A stretch of DNA of 64,000 bases from an uncultured bacterium (GTDB lineage: Bacteria > Fidelibacterota > Marinisomatia > SCGC-AAA003-L08 > GCA-002704045): assembly GCA_964345035.1 (NCBI GenBank), contig CAYFPO010000003.1, forward strand, positions 73,329 through 137,328, written 5' to 3'. Position numbers and translations under genes: made by a program. Shown here piece by piece: positions 10,074 through 19,501 of this stretch. Numbering within the stretch: position 1 is the first letter of the stretch; each line of letters begins with the position of its first letter. The notes beneath the pieces are model-generated. The model saw only the letters and a list, made by a program, of their open reading frames with translations, was not told the DNA's origin and searched no databases.

Positions 10074-11391
10074 TAAAAAAGAACTCTCGCCAAGGAGATT
10101 GGCATGGCAAATAATGTTAAAAGCCAGCGAGAGAAACAGAAGGCTGTCTGATATTACTGCTGAATTTTTATCCGGTGTTAATTTCTCACCATCTCAAAGA
10201 AATTTGACTACAAACTTGGTACAGGGTTGTGTTAGAATGAAAGGACGATTGGATTGGGAATTAAGCAGTATATTTTTCGATGATTATTATGAATTACGTG
10301 ATAATATTAAAGTAATTCTTCAACTTGGTGCATATCAATTGAAATATTTGGATAGCATACCGGATTATGCGGCAGTAACAACTTCAGTTTCACTTGCAAA
10401 ATCATTAAATCCAAAATTGGGTGGATTAGTAAATGCTGTTTTAAGGAAAATTTCAAAAGATGAAATAGAACCACCTGATGTTGATGATTTAGCAGCAACA
10501 TCACAATATTTGAGCCATCCTGAATGGTTGATTGAAAAGTGGACTAAATATTGGGGGAGTGAGAGAGTCTACAAGCTTGCACAATGGAACAACTCTACAC
10601 CAAGAATTTGGTTTAGAGTGAATACATTGCAATTTTCCCCTAACAAATTTATCAATTATTTAAAAAAAGAGGATATAAAATATGAACAGTTTGAAGACGA
10701 CCCTAATTTCTTTACAACCGATAAAACTGCAAAAATAATTGACTGTGAATATTTTAAATTAGGAAATGTAACGGTTCAGGATCCTGCTGCTGGTATGGTT
10801 TGTCATCTACTGGAACCGAACTCAAAGGACTCGATAATTGACGGATGTGCGGCTCCCGGCGGGAAAGCGACATATTTATCTCAATTAATGAATAATAAAG
10901 GGCAGATATGGGCTTATGATAACCATAAACAACGAATAAAACTATTGAAAAATTCTTCTAAAAGATTGAATATCACGAATATAATTCCACAGGAAATTGA
11001 TGTTTCTACTGCTGAATTACCGGTTGTTTCAAAAATATTGTTAGATGTGCCGTGTTCAGGTACAGGTGTTTTGGGTAAAAGAGCCGATTTAAGATGGAGA
11101 AAATCATTTGACGATATTGTTGAAATGTCAGTGCTGCAGAGGAATATTTTATGGAATGCGGCTAAATATTTAAAACCGGGTGGAAAAATTGTTTACAGTA
11201 CTTGCTCAATCGAACCGGAGGAAAATAAATATATAGTTGATTCGTTTTTGGAGCATCATTCAAATTATTATCTTGAACCGGTAAAAACTATTTTACCTGA
11301 AAAATATGTCAATGATGACGGATATTATTTCACATTTCCTCCTGTTCATGGTATTGATGGCGGAAGTGCTGCAATTATAAGAAAAAAATGA
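10048..11391 (+). CDS. rsmB: 16S rRNA (cytosine967-C5)-methyltransferase
   Basis: 447 aa. NusB-like N-domain and SAM MTase core (DGCAAPGGKAT, LLDVPCSGTGV, YSTCS). Sits in a def-fmt-rsmB context. Confidence 0.9.
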   Translation: MKKHRISIDKKELSPRRLAWQIMLKASERNRRLSDITAEFLSGVNFSPSQRNLTTNLVQGCVRMKGRLDWELSSIFFDDYYELRDNIKVILQLGAYQLKYLDSIPDYAAVTTSVSLAKSLNPKLGGLVNAVLRKISKDEIEPPDVDDLAATSQYLSHPEWLIEKWTKYWGSERVYKLAQWNNSTPRIWFRVNTLQFSPNKFINYLKKEDIKYEQFEDDPNFFTTDKTAKIIDCEYFKLGNVTVQDPAAGMVCHLLEPNSKDSIIDGCAAPGGKATYLSQLMNNKGQIWAYDNHKQRIKLLKNSSKRLNITNIIPQEIDVSTAELPVVSKILLDVPCSGTGVLGKRADLRWRKSFDDIVEMSVLQRNILWNAAKYLKPGGKIVYSTCSIEPEENKYIVDSFLEHHSNYYLEPVKTILPEKYVNDDGYYFTFPPVHGIDGGSAAIIRKK

Positions 11392-12128
11392 TAAATAATT
11401 TATTCAGATATATCATTGCAGCCGGAGTATTAATAATAATTGGTGCCTTCTTGGTTGAAATTTTTGTGTTACCCCAATATGTTAGCGTAAATAAAGAACT
11501 TTATCTTCCGGATGTCCGGGGAATGTTTAAACATCATGCAGTAAAACTTTTAAAATCCCACGAATTATCTGTTAAAATTGAAGATATACCCTTTACAACG
11601 GAGGATGAAATTGGAAGAGTATTAAAAATGTCGCCGTTACCACCGATTAAAATAAAATCAGGTAGAACTGTTGAATTATCTATTCCATCAGGAAGAAATA
11701 ATATTTTTGTACCAGAATTGGTAAATATGACACTTCGAAATGCAAAAATTGAAATAGAAAAACATAATATGGAACTAGATACAGTTATGTATGAACATTT
11801 TTCAGAAATAAAAAAAGGATTGATAACAGTTCAAAATCCCAGGGCAGGGCATCTTGTTGAAACAGGTGCTTTAATATCTCTAATGGTTAGTAAAGGACCG
11901 CCACCCGATATTTTCAGAGTACCTGACTTAATAAATTTAAGTTTACAAAGAGCAAAACAAAAATTAAATGAGGCAGGGCTGAGGTTAGGAATTGTAGAGT
12001 ATGAATATCAACCTGGTTTATTAAAGGGAACGGTAATTGAGCAAAGTCTTACCCCTGGAATGAGTGTCAGCATTCCTGCTGCTGTAGATATAATTGTCAG
12101 TTCAGATAAAAAAGAGGACAGAAAATGA
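11388..12128 (+). CDS. membrane-anchored PASTA domain protein
   Basis: 246 aa. N-terminal TM helix followed by three ~65-aa PASTA-like repeats (LPDVRG.., VPELVNMTLRNAK.., VPDLINLSLQRAK..). Confidence 0.7.
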   Translation: MINNLFRYIIAAGVLIIIGAFLVEIFVLPQYVSVNKELYLPDVRGMFKHHAVKLLKSHELSVKIEDIPFTTEDEIGRVLKMSPLPPIKIKSGRTVELSIPSGRNNIFVPELVNMTLRNAKIEIEKHNMELDTVMYEHFSEIKKGLITVQNPRAGHLVETGALISLMVSKGPPPDIFRVPDLINLSLQRAKQKLNEAGLRLGIVEYEYQPGLLKGTVIEQSLTPGMSVSIPAAVDIIVSSDKKEDRK

Positions 12129-12766
12129 GAAATATATCACCATCCGTACTTTCCGCTGATTTTACCAATATTGAAAAAGATATACGAAAAGTAGAAAGGA
12201 CTGGTGCAACCAGACTCCATTTAGATGTTATGGATGGACATTTTGTGCCTAATTTGACCTTTGGACCACTAATTGTTGATTCAATCAGAAGATTAACTGA
12301 TCTTCATTTAGAAACCCATTTAATGATATCCAACCCTGATAAATATCTAGTACAATTCATTGAAGCAGGGTCTGATACTGTAATTTTTCATTTAGAAGCA
12401 TCTACAGATATTGAACGAGATATTAATATAATAAAATCAAATGATGTGCTGGCTGGAATTGCAATTAATCCGGATACAAAAGTTGAAAAAATAATTCCAT
12501 ACTTGGATGATATTGATTATGTGCTTGTGATGTCGGTATTTCCGGGGTTTGGAGGGCAGTCATTTATTGAAGATACACTCTTAACTATGGAGCAATTGGT
12601 AGAAATAAGAAATGGCCGTAAATATCTGGTTGGTGTTGATGGCGGGATAAATACCAATACTATAAGAAAAGTGTATGAAACCGGAATTGATATTACAATA
12701 GTAGGTTCTAATTTATTTGGTGCAAATGATTTTCAATCCAGATATATAGAATTAATGAATGAATGA
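12125..12766 (+). CDS. rpe: ribulose-phosphate 3-epimerase
   Basis: ISPSVLSADF, HLDVMDGHFVPN, VMSVFPGFGGQSF and VDGGIN motifs. Confidence 0.95.
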   Translation: MRNISPSVLSADFTNIEKDIRKVERTGATRLHLDVMDGHFVPNLTFGPLIVDSIRRLTDLHLETHLMISNPDKYLVQFIEAGSDTVIFHLEASTDIERDINIIKSNDVLAGIAINPDTKVEKIIPYLDDIDYVLVMSVFPGFGGQSFIEDTLLTMEQLVEIRNGRKYLVGVDGGINTNTIRKVYETGIDITIVGSNLFGANDFQSRYIELMNE

Positions 12767-13349
12767 TCAAATCACATATAAAGGAGAAATCCTTAGAAAG
12801 CTTATACATATTTTCTCCATTGTATTTGCAATATGCTTGGTGTTGTTTGGACGGGAACTAATTTTACTACCGTTAATTTTAATTTCGATTATTTTCATTA
12901 TGTTCGATTACTCCAGGATTAGGTTTAAAATTATTCATAATATTTATACAAGATTTTTTAGGGATATAACCCGACCGGCAGAAAAAAGTAAACTGACCGG
13001 CGCAAGTTTTTCATTTATTGGCGCTTCATTAACTATCTTATTATTTTCTGAATCAGCAGCATTTATTGGACTTCTATTTTTAAGTATTGGTGATTCTATG
13101 GCTGCGTTGATAGGAAGAAAATATGGTAAAACAAAATTTGGTATGAAATCAATAGAGGGATCAGTTGCTTTATTTTTAAGTTGTTCTATTCTTGCGTTTA
13201 TTTTCACATCTCTACCTATCCTCTCAATAATACTAACTGCATTCGTTGCTACTGTACTAGAAGCAATAATAATTCCAATGGTGGATGATAATATTACTAT
13301 TCCTGTTGGTTCAGCTTTTGCAATTCAAACAATAACCAAAATTCTATGA
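12759..13349 (+). CDS. CTP-dependent polyprenol/diacylglycerol kinase or cytidylyltransferase-like membrane protein (DolK/VTE5/CdsA superfamily)
   Basis: 196 aa, polytopic. RKLIHI... and GDSMAALIGRKYGKTKF...KSIEGSVA motifs. The exact substrate cannot be assigned. Confidence 0.55.
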   Translation: MNDQITYKGEILRKLIHIFSIVFAICLVLFGRELILLPLILISIIFIMFDYSRIRFKIIHNIYTRFFRDITRPAEKSKLTGASFSFIGASLTILLFSESAAFIGLLFLSIGDSMAALIGRKYGKTKFGMKSIEGSVALFLSCSILAFIFTSLPILSIILTAFVATVLEAIIIPMVDDNITIPVGSAFAIQTITKIL

Positions 13350-15334
13350 ATTTTCTTGCACCAACATTTCTCTGGCTGCTTCCATTGGCATCCATCCCAA
13401 TAATTATTCATATTTTAAACCAAATGAATATACAAACAGTGGAATTCAGTTCAATAAAATTTCTACGTCTAATAGAGCATGATTCAATAAAAAAACTGAA
13501 ATTACTCCAATTAATTCTTCTCATAATTCGCACTATTATGATATTATTGATCATTTTGATGATTTCACGTCCCGTGATACATGGGATTTATCAACATTGG
13601 ATAGAAGATCCCAACTCTACATTCACAGTAATAATGGTAGATAATTCATTTTCTAATTCCGGTGAATCTAATAGCCAACCCAGAATTGATATGATAAATT
13701 CATCATTATCACGTATTTTAGAACAAATACATAAGGATTCACACATTGTATTATCTACAACTACTGCCGGTGTAATTTATTCCGGTAAAAGAAATAATCT
13801 TCCAGATGGTTTACGTACTATACAGCAATCCTATCTGGAAGGTGAATTATCCTTTAACTTTATTCAATCCCTGGAATATAAAAGCAGGGAATTTGCAAAT
13901 TATGAATTATACCTATTATCGGACTGTCAAAACAATACATTCACAAATATCGAAAGTATTAATGATATACTTGAAGATTGGAATATTTATATTATTAAAC
14001 CTCCTATTCAAAATGCTAATTATGGGATTTTAGATGTGGAGATTGAAAATGATTTTCTGTTAACTAATACTCCAATTAACATAGTGGTTTCTGTGAGTAA
14101 TATGGCAACAGAAACTATTGAAAATGTATTAATGGAACTATTAATAGATGACATTAATGTGGGGCAACAATTAATCACAATATCCAGCGGGGAAAGTGCC
14201 AATTATAGATTTATAACTGCATTACCCGAACCAGGAATGTATATTGGACAGATAAAATTACAAAATGATGAACGAATTGGAGATAATACACATTATTTTG
14301 TAATCAATATACAGGAAGAAATAAAAGTAATGTCTTACAATATGAATAACATCTATTTTAATCAATCTATTAAAGCAATCAAGCAAAAAAAGACGGATAT
14401 TCAAAATTTTCAATTTAATGATAATGAATTTAGAACAGTTGATAAAGATGTAATTATCATTCAGGGTGAACCAAATAATATTACTCAACATATAAATATT
14501 TTAAAATTATTTGTAGAAGGTGGGGGACACATTATTTATTTTCCTGATAAAAATACAAAATATATACCCGATTTCATTGCACAATTAACAGGAGATAATT
14601 TTAAGGAAGAAAAGGTGGAAAGTGCATCAACATTATTCCAAACGATCAGCAGAAAGTCTCCGGGAATACACTATTTTTTAAATCAAAATCAAAATGACCA
14701 AATAGACAATATTCAATATTTTAAATATATTCCGTTACAGAATACGAGTAGCAGCCAAATTGAACTATTAAACAATGTAAGTATTTGGAATCGGTACAAC
14801 AGATTAAACGGAATTATTGATGTATTCGGGTTCTCATTGGATTTATCTTGGACAACTCTACCTCTTAGAGGGAGTTTTATTCCCTTCACTAATAATTTAC
14901 TTCATTCAAGCCTCAATACAAACAGCAAAAAGTATTTTACCGGAGAAAATTGGAAATTTTCATTGGATAGTAAATATTTTAATACAGCATTACACTATAT
15001 TTCGCCAAATGGAAGCAAGGATATTATAACTTCTGAAACAAAATATATATCCTTATTAGAACCTGGAATACACAGGATTTTATCGAACAATGAACCTATT
15101 TCGGAAATTCCTGTTAATATTTCAGAAAATGAGTTAAGATCACCATATTTAACTGATTCTGAAATGGAGTCACTATTTCCTAACAAAATTGTTATTTTGG
15201 ATGATAATTTTGCAGAAGGGATAAAACAGGCAAGATATGGTACTGAAATTTGGAGTTATCTACTCTTGTTTTTAGTTTTACTGACATGTTTTGAAATGAT
15301 TTTGTCTAACGGAAAGAGATTTCAAAACAGTTAA
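13346..15334 (+). CDS. BatA-N (aerotolerance N-terminal double-TM) domain membrane protein
   Basis: 662 aa. N-terminus MNFLAPTFLWLLPLASIPIIIHILN is typical of the BatA_N/TIGR02226 type. It has a large extracytoplasmic body and a C-terminal TM helix. Confidence 0.6.
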   Translation: MNFLAPTFLWLLPLASIPIIIHILNQMNIQTVEFSSIKFLRLIEHDSIKKLKLLQLILLIIRTIMILLIILMISRPVIHGIYQHWIEDPNSTFTVIMVDNSFSNSGESNSQPRIDMINSSLSRILEQIHKDSHIVLSTTTAGVIYSGKRNNLPDGLRTIQQSYLEGELSFNFIQSLEYKSREFANYELYLLSDCQNNTFTNIESINDILEDWNIYIIKPPIQNANYGILDVEIENDFLLTNTPINIVVSVSNMATETIENVLMELLIDDINVGQQLITISSGESANYRFITALPEPGMYIGQIKLQNDERIGDNTHYFVINIQEEIKVMSYNMNNIYFNQSIKAIKQKKTDIQNFQFNDNEFRTVDKDVIIIQGEPNNITQHINILKLFVEGGGHIIYFPDKNTKYIPDFIAQLTGDNFKEEKVESASTLFQTISRKSPGIHYFLNQNQNDQIDNIQYFKYIPLQNTSSSQIELLNNVSIWNRYNRLNGIIDVFGFSLDLSWTTLPLRGSFIPFTNNLLHSSLNTNSKKYFTGENWKFSLDSKYFNTALHYISPNGSKDIITSETKYISLLEPGIHRILSNNEPISEIPVNISENELRSPYLTDSEMESLFPNKIVILDDNFAEGIKQARYGTEIWSYLLLFLVLLTCFEMILSNGKRFQNS

Positions 15335-15770
15335 GCCTTTAGAAAAAGCAATACTGGTTGGTGCTCGTTTTCCTCTTATCAGTGAGAGAGAAATCTCGGA
15401 TGAGATTGAAGAATTAAAATTACTATCTCAAACAGCTGGTGCTGAAATTGATCACACATTCATACAAAACATTGAAAAGATCAATTCTGCTACATATATT
15501 GGAAAGGGGAAAGCTGAAGAAATAATTCAGTATTCCCTCAGCCACAAAATACAATTAATCATTTTTAATGATGATATTTCTCCCGCACAATTAAAAAATC
15601 TCCAAAAACTGGCTGAAGATAAAATTAAAATAATTGACAGATCCGGACTTATAATAGATATCTTTAAACAACATGCAAAAACCAGAGAAGCAAAAACTCA
15701 GGTAGAATTAGCAAGCCTGGAATATTTACTTCCAAGATTAACCCGGCAATGGACTCACTTAGAAAGGCAA

Positions 15771-16592
15771 ATGGGAGGGATTGGAACCAGAGGCGGTCCA
15801 GGTGAGACACAGATCGAGGTCGACCGGCGGTTGATAGGTACTCAAATTACCCGACTAAAACACACATTAAAGAAAATTGAAAACCAAAGGAAAACACAAA
15901 ATAAAAGAAGGGAAACTGAGTTTAAAGTAGGCTTAGCCGGATATACAAATGCCGGTAAATCTACCTTGATGTGTGCTTTAACAGATTCTAATGTATATGT
16001 TAAAGACCAGTTATTTGCAACTCTCGATACAACTACCAGAAAATGTACTGTATCTGGTAATAAATCAATTTTGATTAGTGATTCAGTTGGATTTATACAA
16101 AAATTACCTCATAATTTAATTGCATCATTTCGGTCCACATTGGGTGTATTAAAAGATGCTAATTTGATCTTAAAAGTAATAGATGGATCTTCTAACAGTA
16201 TTGATCTTCATATACATACAATTAATAACACTATTAGATCACTAAATATTGACGACACAAATTCCATATTGGTATTTAATAAAATTGACCTAATACAAAA
16301 AAAGGGAAAATTAATACAGTTAATGAGAAAATATCCGGAGAGCATATTTATTTCAGCATTAAAACAATTAAAATTAGATGTATTGATAAAACGAATTGAA
16401 GAAAATATAACGCAGAATTATGTAACGTCAACCTTACTCGTGCCATATTCATCAGCAAATTTGATCGGCGAAATATATGATTCCATTGAAGTATTACATC
16501 AGGAAAATACAGCTACAGGAATTTTGGTGGAAGTAAGCGGGGACAGAGAATTAGTGTTGTCACTGAAAAATAAATTAATTTCTGTTCATTGA
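15771..16592 (+). CDS. hflX: GTPase HflX (coordinates are the minimal ATG-bounded ORF; the true gene almost certainly begins near 15300-15360)
   Basis: G-domain GYTNAGKST, DTVGF-like SDSVGFI, NKID. The same frame is open from 15300 and encodes the HflX N-terminal domain (KPLEKAILVGARF...IFKQHAKTREAKTQVELASLEYLLPRLT). It contains no ATG/GTG/TTG before 15771. Confidence 0.85.
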   Translation: MGGIGTRGGPGETQIEVDRRLIGTQITRLKHTLKKIENQRKTQNKRRETEFKVGLAGYTNAGKSTLMCALTDSNVYVKDQLFATLDTTTRKCTVSGNKSILISDSVGFIQKLPHNLIASFRSTLGVLKDANLILKVIDGSSNSIDLHIHTINNTIRSLNIDDTNSILVFNKIDLIQKKGKLIQLMRKYPESIFISALKQLKLDVLIKRIEENITQNYVTSTLLVPYSSANLIGEIYDSIEVLHQENTATGILVEVSGDRELVLSLKNKLISVH

Positions 16593-16613
16593 TAGGAAAT
16601 ACCTGTAAAAATG

Positions 16614-16801
16614 ATTATTCCGTAAGAAGCAGGATTTCAGATATCCTTTTATTTAGTTTACGGTGGGAATCTCTTCTGAAATCGCAAGTTTCCTTCATCC
16701 CGATATTACAACCGGGAAAGGCCTGCTTTTGACTACAGGAATTAAAACTCCCTGGATTTAATTTGAAAGTTCTGAAATGCACTAACTCCTTACGGAATAA
16801 T
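16614..16801. repeat. 188-nt element closed by perfect 13-bp inverted repeats (ATTATTCCGTAAG / CTTACGGAATAAT); candidate structured sRNA or MITE
   Basis: The inverted repeats are at 16614-16626 and 16789-16801. Internal helices: AAGCAGG (16627-33) with CCTGCTT (16722-28); ATTTCAGA (16634-41) with TCTGAAAT at either 16675-82 or 16771-78; hairpin TCCCG/CGGGA at 16698-16717. Lies between the convergent hflX and symporter genes. Confidence 0.55.
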
Positions 16802-16833
16802 TGGTAAAAGCATTGATTAAAATTTACATAAAT

Positions 16834-18069
16834 TTACATTATATCCTTATATAAATTATCTTCACCTTCTGATTTTGCAATTATTGCTGTTCCTACGCTA
16901 TCACTGAATACATTAACCATCGTTCTGACCATATCCAATGGACGATCCACTGCTAACATTGTTCCTACAATCAATGCAACTTCCGGATGTGTTCCAAGCC
17001 CAACAGCATCTAATACTATAAAAATCATCACCAGCCCAGCAGAAGGAATTCCAGCAGCACCAACGGATGCCAAAAATGCAGTAATAACAATAACTAATTG
17101 TTGTGAAAGATCTAACGGAACACCCAATGCCTGTGCAATAAATAATACGCCGGCACATTCATATAATGCCGTTCCATCCATATTTACAGTTGCCCCAAGA
17201 GGTAGTACGAAACTGGATACTTTATTAGATGCTCCGACCTTATTTTCAACACAGTTGAGAGTTACCGGAAGTGTGGCTCCCGATGAACTGGTAGAAAAGG
17301 CCATTGCCAGTGCTGATGCCATGGCTTTAAAATGACGGATTGGATGTATCTTTGTAAATAAATAGAATAAAACCGGAAGAACAATAAACAGATGTATGGT
17401 TAATCCGGATGCAATGGTAACCATATAAAGACCGACTGCACGGAAAATATCAAAGCCGGTAGTGGCTATTGCCTTAATGATTAATCCAAATACACCGATG
17501 GGAGCTAATTTTATGATCAAAAATGTAATTTGCATCATAATTTGAAATGCACTGTTAAACCAATTTAAAATCTGGTTTTGTCGTTCCGATGGAATTTTTG
17601 TGATACCAAAACCAAAAAATAATGCAAAAAATATTATTCCCAACATATCCCCAGATGCTGCAGAATTAATGGGATTCAGTGGAATCATTCGAATTAATAT
17701 TTCTCCAAGGGAATTCGGTTTTTCTAAATTTGATATATTAAACTGATCGCTGGAAACAGTTATATTTGCGTTTACTCCAGGTTGTATCATATTTGTTAGA
17801 GTGAGCCCTATCATTATTGCAAGGAGAGAGGTACAAAAATAATATAACAGTGTTTTTATTCCAAGACGTGTAAAATTAGCTGCAGATCCCACACTTGCAA
17901 CTCCAGTAACTATTGATGTAAAAATAAGTGGTACAATCACCATTTTTAATAATCGGATGAATATATGCCCTAATGGAGCAAAAAAGAGCGATCTGTCTCC
18001 AAATACCGTACCAACAGCACATCCCAGTATCAATGCAATAAAAATCTGCCAATGTAGTTTTAATTTCAT
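16834..18069 (-). CDS. dicarboxylate/amino acid:cation symporter (DAACS/SLC1 family)
   Basis: 411 aa, polytopic. Family motifs SSSGATLP, VNMDGTALYE and AVDRPLDMVRT. Confidence 0.9.
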   Translation of the reverse strand: MKLKLHWQIFIALILGCAVGTVFGDRSLFFAPLGHIFIRLLKMVIVPLIFTSIVTGVASVGSAANFTRLGIKTLLYYFCTSLLAIMIGLTLTNMIQPGVNANITVSSDQFNISNLEKPNSLGEILIRMIPLNPINSAASGDMLGIIFFALFFGFGITKIPSERQNQILNWFNSAFQIMMQITFLIIKLAPIGVFGLIIKAIATTGFDIFRAVGLYMVTIASGLTIHLFIVLPVLFYLFTKIHPIRHFKAMASALAMAFSTSSSGATLPVTLNCVENKVGASNKVSSFVLPLGATVNMDGTALYECAGVLFIAQALGVPLDLSQQLVIVITAFLASVGAAGIPSAGLVMIFIVLDAVGLGTHPEVALIVGTMLAVDRPLDMVRTMVNVFSDSVGTAIIAKSEGEDNLYKDIM

Positions 18070-18143
18070 TTTATTCCCATAATTGACTTGGTCAATTTAT
18101 TAAAAATACAATATGCTATAATGAACAAATAAAGTAAATAAAT

Positions 18144-18452
18144 ATGAAAATTGTAATAACTACCGAAAAAGATTCAGATTCAGCATATAAATTGGCAGAT
18201 CAAATAATTGATAAAAAACTGGGTGGGTGTGTCCAATGTATTTCAAACATTCAATCAAAGTATTTTTGGAAAGATAAAATTGTAAATGATACAGAAATAT
18301 TATTGATAATTAAAACTATTAATGAAAAGGTAAATGTATTAAAAGAATTTTTAAAAGAGAATCATTCATATCAAATACCGGAAATTATACTGATTGATGT
18401 AGATTCCTTAACCAAGGATTATAGCGATTGGATACAGAATTATCTAAGGTAA
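18144..18452 (+). CDS. cutA: divalent-cation tolerance protein CutA
   Basis: 102 aa. ...CVQCISNIQSKYFWKDKI...LLIIKT...YQIPEII pattern of the CutA1 family. Confidence 0.8.
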   Translation: MKIVITTEKDSDSAYKLADQIIDKKLGGCVQCISNIQSKYFWKDKIVNDTEILLIIKTINEKVNVLKEFLKENHSYQIPEIILIDVDSLTKDYSDWIQNYLR

Positions 18453-18881
18453 TTGCTAAATATCCTGTATAAACTGATATTATATTGTATTACCGATAAC
18501 ATATATTATGTAAAGTTATAGAAATGTTTAATAATGATAGAATCACCTTCTTAAACCAGGAATCCCGGCGATTTTTCTTTTTATGTATATTTTTTTAAAT
18601 TACCAGCTTGAATCCTGATAAAGTCAAAAGTAACCATTCCAGTAGGAAAAATAAATGCAGCTTCTTGTCCAGTAAATTAACAGACCCAAATGAGATATGG
18701 CATTATTTTTAACACACTCCAAGAATAAATTGCACTTAATTCATAAAATCACCCATGAAGTTGATCCAGTGGTTTTGTTTAATGAGTTTTGTCAAAGTAC
18801 TCTTTCATTTATTATTTGTATTAATTGCTTCAAAATTCCATTTAGTTGTGAATTGACTATATCAGGAGTTGTTCTTCCTTC

Positions 18882-19484
18882 TTATACTTTATCCCCCGAA
18901 TAGAAGATAACCTCTTCTGAAATAAATGAATTTAACAGGGTGCCTAAATTTGAATAGAAATCATCTTTTGATTTTTTTAATAACTTTTTTGCGAATTCAC
19001 CTGTCCATTTACTCAAATGGTTTGTTAGAAATTTTTTTGATATTGTTTCTTTTGATGTATCATTTTTCACAACGGAATTAAAAATCAGGTAATACATAAA
19101 TTCTAATTCTGTGGATATATGGTCTGGTGGTTCCTTATTGTCATCGTTGGGATTAAGACCGGCATCAACATAATATTCAATAGCATCAATAGTTGATTCT
19201 CCCATAACCAAACCTTGGGGGTCAAGATAAACAGAACTAAATGGCGCTGCTTCAACCTGATAAGGACCAACAAATAACCTGGAGTATTCTATTTGTAAAT
19301 CCTTCAGAGTATTCTCGTGCTCCAATCTTGTTACGAGTGTATTAACAAGTGTTTCAAATTTGGGGGAAAGATTGCTAAATGTGTCAAATATCGTAGATGA
19401 CAGTTCTGTTAACCTTTTGTCCGGATACTTAAACAATTCTGAAAGAATTTTATATGCATTTGCTCGATATACACTTGGTTGCAT
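18882..19484 (-). CDS. TorD/DmsD-family redox-enzyme maturation chaperone (ArrD-like)
   Basis: 200 aa, helical. YSRLFVGP...APFSSVY motif typical of TorD-like chaperones. Last gene of the molybdoenzyme operon. Confidence 0.7.
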   Translation of the reverse strand: MQPSVYRANAYKILSELFKYPDKRLTELSSTIFDTFSNLSPKFETLVNTLVTRLEHENTLKDLQIEYSRLFVGPYQVEAAPFSSVYLDPQGLVMGESTIDAIEYYVDAGLNPNDDNKEPPDHISTELEFMYYLIFNSVVKNDTSKETISKKFLTNHLSKWTGEFAKKLLKKSKDDFYSNLGTLLNSFISEEVIFYSGDKV

Positions 19485-19501
19485 TGTGATATGGTTCTTA
19501 T

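Noticed and set aside
18697-18903. 68-aa plus-strand ORF in the AT-rich gap, overlapping the TorD-like gene end
   Set aside because: It has no recognisable motif and atypical composition, and it overlaps a supported gene on the other strand. It is likely non-coding.
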